Origin: Gnetum montanum
Lineage: Eukaryota; Plantae; Gnetophyta
Reading direction: 5' to 3'
Length of the DNA: 64,000 bases
Assembly: GCA_015680685.1 (NCBI GenBank)
Contig: MNCI01000520.1
Span: 102,301 to 166,300 of the forward strand
Position 1 is the first letter of the stretch; every line of letters starts with the position of its first letter. The notes under the pieces are model-generated. The model searched no databases. It saw only the letters and a program-made list of their open reading frames with translations, and was not told where the DNA came from. Position numbers and translations under genes: made by a program. Positions 36,151 through 46,869 of the stretch are shown one piece after another.

Positions 36151-37062
36151 GTACCTCCAAAATGGAATGAAGAGCTTGTTGATAATTCCTTTGAAAAGGT
36201 GAAGCCATTGGAATTGGGAACTCCTATTCAGGATCTTGAACCTTCAAGCTTTAATGAGATTGGATAGCCACATGTTGAAGATCAAGTTGAACTAAAGATG
36301 GATGGGAGAAGCCATGAAGAGGTAAGTAACTATGAGCTTGATCATGTTGATGGTAGTAATATCTCTCATGTTGAAGCTAGTGTGATGGATGCTAGTTTTT
36401 CACTTCAGCTTAGTAGTGGGTTGTTCAATGGTAATGATGAGCATCATGATAATTATGGTTATTGTAATGGGATTAAGAGCCATGTTGTGACTTTTGATGT
36501 CATTGTTACTAAGAGGAAGACTAATAATGATAATTTGTTTGATGATAATGGCTATTGGGATAGTTATTGGGAAAAGGTCATTATTGATGTGAGTGATGAC
36601 ATTGATAATGATATGATTTTCTAGAATTCAGATATGCTTGCTATTGATTATAGAAATGAAAAATTTGTGAAAGGTGTTGATGGATTTGATTATCTTGGTT
36701 GTTAAATGGATGAGCAACATTAAGGCAATTTGCATGGTGGTGTTAATGATGAAGGGAAGCTAAGTGGTAGTCTTGCAATCACCAAGAAGAAGAAGGTGAA
36801 GAAGAGAAAAAAGAAGAAACGAAAGGATGTTGGATTAAGAAAGCCTAATCCTTATTATTATTCTTTATTTTTTGCAGGTTTGAGTCATCATGGGGATGCA
36901 AGAAAAGCATTCAAAGGGGATGATCAAATGCAGGAAGCATGGTGGGATGTAAGGACAAGCCTCCATGAGTAAGAAGAGCTCAAAATCAAAACCTCCAATG
37001 ATATTCATTTAAATGTTTGTAATGCATTGAATCATGGGGGAATGGTGCCTTCCATCTCGTGA
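36151..37062 (+). pseudogene. Internal ORF of C, 3' part (Asp/Glu-rich, Lys-rich tract, PPR-like fragments)
   Basis: One frame with sparse stops joins ORF-track entries 36298-36624 and 36730-36972; ends KKKKVKKRKKKKRKDVGLRKPNPYYYSLFFAGLSHHGDARKAF...IKTSNDIHLNVCNALNHGGMV. Confidence 0.55.
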
Positions 37063-37100
37063 AAGATCATGAAGCATGAAATTTTTAAGAATGGGAGATT

Positions 37101-38166
37101 TGGTGTAGGGACACCTCTTCTAATGCCCTTGTTCTATCATACAAGCTATGTGTCTTCTTGTGCTAATTTGGTTAAGGATGATTCTTGGATGTTTTGGCAT
37201 ATTTCAAGGTGTTTTGGGCTCATTTTGATGAGTTTGGAGGGTTCCTAGATGATATTCATTCAAAACTTCCAATGAGTAAGGACTTTTTTAGAGGGTTCTA
37301 GGATCATTGTAATGCTCAAAATATGAAGGTTCTAGACATTAAAATAAGAATTTTTGTGTTTGACACCTATAGGTGGAATGTCCCAAAAGAAATTAGGACA
37401 TCTTAGCTGAGACATCCCACTAGAATTTGGGATGTTTTAGAAAAATAGTAGATGTCCTAACTGAGAGCTAGGTTTTCACAAGAGACATCCCAACAAAGTT
37501 AGATATGACCTAGATGGATGGGAAAACTTTCAAAAACACCCATCTCAAATTGAAAAATAGCCAAAGTAAGATGGAAATAACCAAAGAAAGATGGAAATAA
37601 CCAAAGCAAGATGGAAATAGCCAAGGAAAAGGTAAGAAAACTTGGAAAATATCTAAAGAACCTCAAGTTTAGTTGAGGAAATATTTCTGGGTTTCTTACC
37701 TTTTGGTTGCTTATAAATATTGATGTGATTCATCATTGTTGGTGCTGAAGTGCTAAACATCAAAGGCCAAAGAATAACCATGAGCAAGAGAGAGAGCTCA
37801 TGAGAGTTGAGGAAGGAAGGTTTGAACAAGAAGAGAGCTTGTGCAAGGAAATTGAGTGTGAGGTAAGGGAGGCAAGGGAGAGAAGTTAAGAGAGGTTGAG
37901 GAAATCTCTTATAAGTGTCTTGTCTTGAGCTTGGGCTTCATGGTGAGCTATTGAAGATTGAGAGGGGACAAGTATGGCCTGTAAGATTGTTGGGAGAGTT
38001 GTGAGTTGATCTTGGATCCTCATCTTTGATGTATTTTTTAGAATTTTCTTAATGTAAGGATGATTTTCTTCATTTTATTATGTTGTTCTTATTTTCTAAG
38101 CTAGATATACTTGGAAATTGTGGATTGGATCCTATTGGGGTCTACTAAGGTGCAATCCCTACATGA
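37101..38166 (+). repeat. 3' LTR of element C
   Basis: Colinear with the 5' LTR; extra 20-bp tandem triplication at 37561-37620. Confidence 0.9.
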
Positions 38167-38171
38167 TCTTT

Positions 38172-38800
38172 AGAGATAGAAGCTCTTTGTCAATTGCAAC
38201 ATATGTTCATAGTCTCTTCTATAGCATAATAACTAAAGTCTCAGTTGGTACTCAACAAAAGGGATTGTTTTACGAGAAAATGATTTGGCTCTAAAAATAG
38301 ATCATTGAGATGAATATTCTACATTGCAATATACAAAAGCTTTATATAAATAAGGGAACTTTTGCATATATGGAATAACCTGATAGAAAATAAATAATTC
38401 TACCTAGATAGAATTAGAGGAGGCATGAACAAAAAATAGCTTATTTATCTACTCTTATATAATATCACCTACACTATGAAATCAATCGAGCAAGATTAGG
38501 ATCCTATTATTTTAGAATTGAAATAGGAAGATGGATCAAAATTCCAAGAGAAGAGAGAACTTGTCATTTATGCAATCAAAGAGAAATTGAAGATGAACAT
38601 CAAATATTCCTAGAATGTTTTTTTTTATGGAAAGTCACTACCAATTAAAAATTATAGCTCATAATTTAATTGAGCTTTTTGATATAGCGCCAAGAAAACT
38701 TACAAACTTTATTAGTGAAGTATTTACTATACATAGTATATATATTTCTTCTATCCAATATATCCTAAGGGTCTTTGAATGTAATAAAAAGCATTTCAAT
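38172..38800 (+). pseudogene. LINE ORF2 relic, part 3 (C-terminal Cys/His motif)
   Basis: EIGRWIKIPREERTCHLCNQREIEDEHQIFLEC at ~38520-38618. Confidence 0.85.
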
Positions 38801-39399
38801 TTGAATATAAAATTCATTGGATGATCATCAAATTTATTGATTTTGCACTTTTTATTAGGAATAAACATATAGAGACTAGTAGTGTACATTTACATAGTGC
38901 AACAAAAAAAAAACCAAATTAGGGATGGTAGTATAACAACATGTAATTGTTAGAGTAGATAAAGAACAATAATTCTATCATTAATAACTACTTAAAAGAA
39001 AATTCTCAAGTATGACTAATAAGCCTAGAATCCTCCAAAATGTAAATCAAGATATTATGAGCTAATGTGAATACTTAGCAACAATGTAGTATAGAAAGAT
39101 GAAATACTTCTAATTCAAATAATAAATGTTATTGATAGTAGTAATGAGATGAGTAGCATCAGAAAAATACTAGTAAAATACTTTCTTTCCAAGTCTAGGT
39201 CTTATAATGGACTTTACGAAATACTACTAGATGACTCATCATTCTTCCATGATTGAGTAAAGCTAGTCTCATAGCTTTAACATCCAAGACACAAAACTGG
39301 GACTAGACACATGATATGATTGATGCAAAGGAATATAACCATACAAATTTATAGACCATGACTATACTACAACATGAGCCATCTTATTGAGAAATGCCA

Positions 39400-42300
39400 G
39401 GAGATGGTGGTTGAAAATAGAATTTCCTTAACATGTTAAATTGGAGCTTAGTATGAACAGATGAAATATTTGTAATTGAGTCTTAAGGTTTGTTACACTA
39501 GCTTAGAGCTAATGATTTTCTTCATGCATTAGTCTCTACTTTTGTAGAATCACTTGTTTTTGTTCCTCAATATTTGCTTGGAACTACTCATGATTCCTTC
39601 TTGCCTATGAGAGCTTGCATTGTGCAACATCCAACTCGACTACTACTTGATGAAGTTTCCCTTTTATCTTAGTAAGTGGTTGACTTACAAAAGTTTGAAC
39701 CACATATAAATACCTCATTTACTTCACCTGCACATCCTCTTTTATCTCCTTGAGTCTTCTCTCAAGGACTATGATAGCTACTTCATAATAAAGGATTTAC
39801 ATGTTTTTCAATAGGTCCATCTTTTTTTGTAGTGTTGTTTTTCTTAAAACCATTTTTCAAAGTTTGACATGAAACATATCAAATTTATTCTTCATTTTGC
39901 ACCTATCTACTATTACTCGTTCATTTAGCAAAACTATGAGTTTATGTAGTCTACAAACCTTGATGTCCCAAGTTGTCTATTCAATCAAATGGTCTTTCTG
40001 AGCTTGTTAATTTCTGTTGTAGCTTTTTCTACCAACTCCTATTGTAAGTTCCACAACTTCTTTTTTGTATGATGGTACTTATTCCAAAACTAAGCCATGA
40101 TTTAATTTTCATCTTCCAACCTGTGTATCTACTAAGAAAGGAAAGTACACATTTCTCTTTCTTCTAATTCATTTTCTCCCATTTCTAAGACTGATGTTTC
40201 AACATTTGGATTTGCTTCTCTAACTCATCTTTCATAAACAATATTTCTTCATCTACTTGTTATGCCTTAAATAATTCTAATTATAGGTGCTCTATTTATA
40301 CCTCTGATGGGACACGATATCGCATGGGCCCCGATATCGCGTATGCAATATTGTATACATGATATCACATCCTTCCCTATGATATCACGTACGCAATATC
40401 GTAGCGTGCCACCAAATCTATAAATAAGAGGTGGATCTTCCTTGTTTGACCATCTAGATATAGACTGTAGCCAAACTCTTGTAGTTTTAGCATTCCAGAG
40501 ATAGAATAATTTCCATGTGCCCGCAGTAGGAGTCCCAAAGTGAATGGATCTTTATTCAAGCAATCTTGTACCTGAGCACACAATTGTGTACGAAAATAAA
40601 GATGAACTTTTGGATAAAGCTTGTAGTATATGGACTAAGCTAAATAGGACTTTAATTATTTTTAATTATTTAAATGCTTTCTTAAGGACTTAATCTCTCT
40701 CAACGCTCAACACTCCTAGTTAAGTGCATTCAGTACGATCGCTTCGAGCACGTGCGTTACACTTGGTAATCCCAATAACGAATAGTGTTTGGTAATCCCA
40801 GAAGGTTGCATTGGTTTAGGGTGTGAATAGCAAGTGGGACGGATACTGATTCTAGGCATTAGAACTTAGTTAGTTAAAGTTAGTTAAAGTTAGTTACTTA
40901 GTCTCTTCACCCTTTCCCTCATTAGCATAGGTGATAAAACATAAAAGATATAAAAATCACATACCTCAGACTTACTTAACCATACAACTTTAACAAATAC
41001 AAGTAAGTCTGTGAAGACAATGAATGATTAACCTTAGGTGTTCCATTAGGCGTGTAAGCACTTAGTCTGCGGAGTTCGAACGGATCATGCGTGTAAAGCT
41101 TGCATTCGTATGGTTGAGTGTAGGGGTACCTTTCCATTCATCAACCTCTCAAGTAATCTTGGAAAATTCTAGTACCAATATTATAATTTTTTCTACTTAT
41201 TATTATAACCATTGTACCTTTTCATGGCTTTCATGTAACTCCCTCAAGTAGAAGGTTTTGTTAACATCAATAGTTTTCAATTGAACCTATATCTTCATCA
41301 TACTATCAATATTCTCAACAATAGTTCGATCCCTAGATAATCTCTTTACTCTTCTTTTGTTCAATAACTAGTCCTACATTGATTAGTGAGCATTTGAAGG
41401 ACTTTTGTCACATGTTCAACATTGTGCATTTATGCCTTAATGTGTAGGAAGAGAAAATACTTCTTGAAGAAACATTGGTATGATTAAATAAGGATATCTA
41501 GATGGACCATGGGTTGATCATCCACCAAGGAAGGAGAAAATGAAAAGAGATATTTCATTATGGCTTCATCATCCATGATGGCTTTCATCATGTCTAGGAA
41601 ATTGCTATCAAGATCCTATAATTCCTTGATATGAATTATGATATCTTGTCCCTTACTTTCAGTGTGCATAATAGATCAAAAACCATTACCAAGAATAGAT
41701 TCTTGGCTTTACCTGATGTTAAAAATAAATGGTTGGGAGATGGATCTGCTAAGTCTCCACACCTATGTATGTTGTGAAGCTTGATTAATGGATGGTACTT
41801 TCATTTGGTATGTGCAAAGCTGGTTCAAATGTCAGATGTGTGATGCATCAATGAAGGACATCTTGTTCTCTAAATCAGGTACCACCTTAAAGATCTCTAA
41901 ATTTTATCTCAGGGCCATAACCATGATATTCCCCTAGTCCTCCATTCCCATAGATGTGGGATACTTTTCCACATAATAGAGTATGTTCACCAACTCATAG
42001 AGTTTTTGGATCAACTTTGAAAAGACATACATCTTCCTCTTGTTGTAGGTTACATCTTCAACTTTTTGGGTCAAGGCCTTATAGTGAAAGTAAGAAATGT
42101 TAATGATACACTTCCCCCTCATCATTATCACAATGTTAGCCCTTTAAGTAAAGATACTTGATGATCTTTTGGTGAGCATGAAATTATGCATGATGATTTT
42201 GTACATGGCATTTTGAACCAAGGAAAGCTTGGATATTTTTACATCCACCATATTCATGTCAAAGGCCTAAAGAAGGACCTTTTTTCTAAGCTTTGATTTA

Positions 42301-42960
42301 GTCTTCTAGATCCATAACCACTAATTATTTGCTAGATCATTAGAAAATCATATAAATCTAGTGATTAACCATGTCAAGATGGTCACAAGAATCCCACCAA
42401 AAAATGACATGGTACCATCCATTGCAAGGTTAAGATAGAATTCTTCCACCTCCTGCTGGTGCTAAATAAATAATTGGGTGGAATAATTGTAGAAATTTTT
42501 CCACTATAGGAACTCATTGAGCTTAGGAGGACTAAGCTCAAGGAACTAATGATAATTCTTCTTTTCATAAATTGGTCATTGTCAGATGTCATGTACATCA
42601 AAATCCTATTTGATGTCATTAGTTTCATGATCATCATATGCTAGCTCCTTCAACACTTATTTGACTAACAATAGCTAAGCATGTGCTCAACCTAAAGATT
42701 GAGAATTTGACTACCTACCTTCCAATTTGCTTCTAGGTGGAGGTCTTTCTAGGATAGGTTTAGGATTAAGTAATATAAGTGCTTCTTCTTTACCCTCCTT
42801 AGGTATTAGTGATTCATGCATGAGCCCATAGATGAAGGGTTGAGATCTTTCAATCTCTTCCCTTCTTGGTATATAAAGCTTTGACTTCAACCATCCTATC
42901 ATGATGAGCTTTGAAAGATGCTAAAAATCAAGTGAGTTCTTGAGGCATTATACTACCATT
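39400..42960 (-). pseudogene. Decayed 3' (env-like / putative plant transposon protein-type) ORF of F, split by a solo LTR
   Basis: MRGKCIINISYFHYKAL...KRKMYVFSKLIQKLY resembles the conserved block of Athila 3' ORFs; E/K-rich distal part; colinear with 55250-57950. Confidence 0.6.
40305..41143 (+). mobile_element. Solo LTR related to the element B family
   Basis: TGATG...CATCA, perfect TSD ACCTC, colinear with the B LTR (GATATC repeats, CTATAAATAAGAGG, GTAGGGGTACC end), no PBS. Confidence 0.93.
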
Positions 42961-43460
42961 TCAAAAATTATGCATAGAAACAATGATAAACATAATCCTT
43001 AGAAGTACTAGAGAAACATCATCTTAACTATGAAATCATGGCATACATGGGTTAGCAAAAAGTAAGGTAGAAATTGTTAAATAACTATTAAGTTTATTAA
43101 ACACATACTTGAATTAATGCTTCTTTCCCATGTGAATTACAAGATACCAAGCTTAAACCACACCAACAACACAAAGGAAAGGAAAGTACCCTAAAGAAAA
43201 TATGAAAAAAAGTTACTAAACCAATATTGGTAGAAAAAATAAAATAGATTTTTTATTTTTTATGACTTAGAAGGTAAGAAAAAGAAAATAATTAGATGAA
43301 AATTGAGTGTGAAATGGCCTGAATGGAACCCTTTCTTATATAGTATCTGTTTGATGAAGGGGAGGAGGTGTGTTGTGTTAACCTTTTGGTATGTTTTGGT
43401 GTGCTTAAAATGTTAAGTAAAATGGAGATAAAAGTTGTTTGCATGGTTGTATGGTTATTG

Positions 43461-44626
43461 TGTTCGCATGACTACATACATAGGAAACCAAGATGAGCTA
43501 AAGAGGACATCGAACGAACTATCCTAGAGCTCAAAGGAGATGGTCATCCACATGTATTCAAATGAACATCCAAAGGATGTGGACAAGGACCTAATATTGA
43601 ACAAGAAAAGGTATCATCATCTGAGCATGTGGAAGGTCAAGACTATGGACAAGGAATGATGCATTCAAAAGACAAAGGAATATGAAGAAAGACATCTTTG
43701 GAAAGTAGGAGATGTCTTGGCAGATTTGGGATGTACTCAAAGAAAATTTAGAAATATGTTTTTAGAAATAGTAAGACATCTTTCCCAAACCGAAGACATC
43801 TTTCATGAGGCAAAGAAGTCTTTATAGAATTCATACCAAATATAGAAAGATGTCTTCCATTGAACAAAGACGTCTTCTAGAGTAGAGACTTCAAAAAGAT
43901 GTCTTTTAGGAAACAAAGACGTCTTTCCAAATTTTAAGGAAAATTGAGAGAGATGTCTTAGGTAAAGAAAGACATATCCCATGACCATTAGTGACTGTTA
44001 GCTAGCTATTTCATGAGTTTTAAGAAGGATTTAGTAATATGATAGTTATAATAAGACTTGATATGCATTGGAAAAAGTGCAAGCATTGTTGTATTCATTG
44101 TATAATCATTTGTAACATTGAATTCTCTATTGCTCTTCATTGTCTAATTATCTTGGCTTTTGAAAGTGTTCTATATCTAATTGTGCAAGGATCAACAAGT
44201 TGAGTTGCAATTATTCCTTGTAATTCTTGTTCTTGTTGCCTTATGAGCTTGATGTGCTTGAGCCTATTAGGATTTTGGGGAATTGAGTTGTTGGTGTTAC
44301 GGTACAACACTCCAATGTGGAGCTCAAGATTGTAAAGGTTGTGAAAGCCTTGAAACCACATTTCCAAGCCTAATGGGACATTGTCAGGTTGAGTGATTGC
44401 TGCTATGGTACAACATTCTAGACTAGGGATTGAAGACTATATAGGGTGTGAACCCTTCAATCACATTTTGAAAGAAACAAAGTCCAAAGGTGTACTTACG
44501 ATCTATTCTCCAAGTGTGAAGTACCCAAGTTTGGGAACCACATAAATTTTTGTGTGTGCTTTGTTTGTTTAAGTTTTAATTTGGGGAACTTATTCATACC
44601 CCCTCTTCTAAGTTCAATGATCCACA
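43461..44626 (+). mobile_element. Solo LTR, Copia-type (Sirevirus-like features)
   Basis: TG...CA, TSD TATTG/TGTTG, absent from the colinear site in G; AAGACGTCTT palindrome array 43688-43980; U5 motif ATTCATACCCCCTCT ~35 bp from the end. Confidence 0.7.
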
Positions 44627-46869
44627 TGTTGGTGTAGGAGCATTGATGGTCTAGTACATTAGTGCATCCTCCAAACATGAAAAAATTCAAAACTTTCCCA
44701 TTCTTCACTCTTAATGCATCTTCAAAAACCTCTAGGATCATAAGCAAGGTCAAAAACATGCTTGAGTCACTAAGGATCAACCAAACAAAGCATGAAAAGA
44801 ACTAGAAAATAAAAGCATTACAAACTTAACATAGGTGATATTGAGGATCATGGAAATTGAGTTGTATGATCAATTCATGTAGTCCCATGAATGAAAAGAT
44901 AGGAAAGAGGGGTTAGCGATATAGGAAAATGATTAGAGCTCCAAGAGAATCAAATATAGGCATAGGTAAGGTAAACTAGGAAGTGTTTGCCATGCTCAAA
45001 CATTAAAGCTTAAAGAGTTGATACTCACACAAGTGAAAGATCAATCATGTGCCTTATGCCATGCACCCATCACCATTACTTAGAGATAAGCTTAAGCTCA
45101 TGTACTTGAAATTCCAATCTATCAAGAATTCTCAAGTAGGTCCTCCTCGTAGTAGGCACTGGCATTTCTTAGCCTTGTGTGAAAGTTATTAATGGGACAC
45201 CCATGAATTCCTAACACCCAATGAGACATTACCATCCAACATGAGAACATGAGTCTATCTATTTGGATAGTCAAATCTCATTCTCTACTTTTCCTAATTA
45301 ACTTCCTATGACATACAATAATCCACCATATGGAAAGAAAGATATGAAGTTGGAATGATAGACAAGAAAGAGAAAGTAAGAGTGGAACATCACAAGATCC
45401 TTATCCAATCATTTAATTAGCTTATAAAAGCACGTGACTAGGTTCTACATCCTATGAAAGATCCACTATTGCATTCCTTCACTAATGCTCATCCATATAA
45501 TAGGGATCGACCTCCAATTCTTCCCTTTAAGAGCAAGGTCAGACCTACTACTTACTAGTTTTATCTAGCCTTGATTGTTCCTTAGTTGAATAATTGATAA
45601 AACCAAATCAAGGTAATGTACAATAGAACATTTATTAGTTAATATTCTAGTTTATTTTTCCTTCATTCATGCATGTATGCACAGTTGGCTCCTCAAATTT
45701 TACTTTATCAGAAATATCTCATCGATTGATTTAGGTGTGCTAACTAATTCCACATCCCAGTGATGATTACTAAGCCATGACTAGCAAAACGAAATTCTCT
45801 AGATTTGAATGTGTACATAGTTTGGGTCAAGGTTATAAACCTTAACACTTAGAAATAAATGAATTTGGAAGTTGGGTGGATCTAACATTTGACTTTACCA
45901 AAGTCCACTAAGAGAGAGACTTCTAGGCCTTGATGGTCATGGATAGGGATGAGTAAGAGATTATCTTGAATTGTTACATTTTGAATGTCTAGTGATCAAG
46001 CCAACAAGTTAAAAATAAGATAGCCTTGCATAGAAATTAGTTTAACCACTTATTTTGTTCTCAATTTGAGAAATTATAAAGTATGTTTGGGATGGTAAAG
46101 ATACCAATTTATGTGAACCAATAAACTTCGAGTTATATTTCTCTTTCCATAACCTCTTCTTCTCATAAGTTTTATTTTAGTATTATTTTTATTTTCTTTA
46201 TTTTAATTTTTTTATTTTCTCTTTTATTGAATTTTTTCATCTTTTTTTTTCTTTCATGAGAAGATGACTTTTAATGATCCATTGGAATCATCAAAATGAT
46301 TAAAGTGTTAAATCACCACTTGGAGCCTTCAATCTTTGTGAACATAAGAATTCATACCTCATCCCATGTCATATATAGGTTCATCAGATCATGAATCTCT
46401 TCTAACCAAGGTGTCCAAGCATAGCAAGTACATGCGCCTTGGTCCAATCACATCGATTAAACCTATCTAGTGATCATAAGAACCCTTGATGAAACACCCT
46501 TTTCTTGTTAGTGACCAAGAACTGTTCTAGGATTTTGGAGCTCATCCCTAAGGAGCAGATCCATGACCTACCCATGGTTCTAGTAACATTAGCTTTAACA
46601 TTTCATAGTGTGAGTCTCAACTCCCCATTAAATTTGAGCTTGGTTCACTAGTAATTGATAGAATAAAATTTTAATGGATGAATTATATTCTATGGATATT
46701 CTATTAATCAAGGATTCACTTTGAACTTGCTTGACACTCTTCCATCATCATCACATCTATAACTCATCCATTCATCATTGCATTATTAGGTGAGCATTCA
46801 TAAAGCACATCAATTTATTTTTTCACACACAAAATAAAATAAAATTTTTACATGACATAGAGGACTCCT

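Larger units (their letters stand above)
23689..38166 (+). mobile_element. Element C: non-autonomous iMet-primed LTR element, split by element D
   Basis: LTRs 23689-24707 and 37101-38166; inner termini TGGTGTAGGG / CCCTACACCA form a perfect 10-bp inverted pair; TSD CCTTT/TCTTT; PBS TGGTATTAGAGCC; PPT AAGAATGGGAGA; ~1.7 kb of own interior with no gag/pol. Confidence 0.9.

Noticed and set aside
39822-39834. TTTTTTGTAGTG as the right CACTA terminus
   Set aside because: Lies inside the F 3' ORF at a site colinear with G, with no subterminal repeats.
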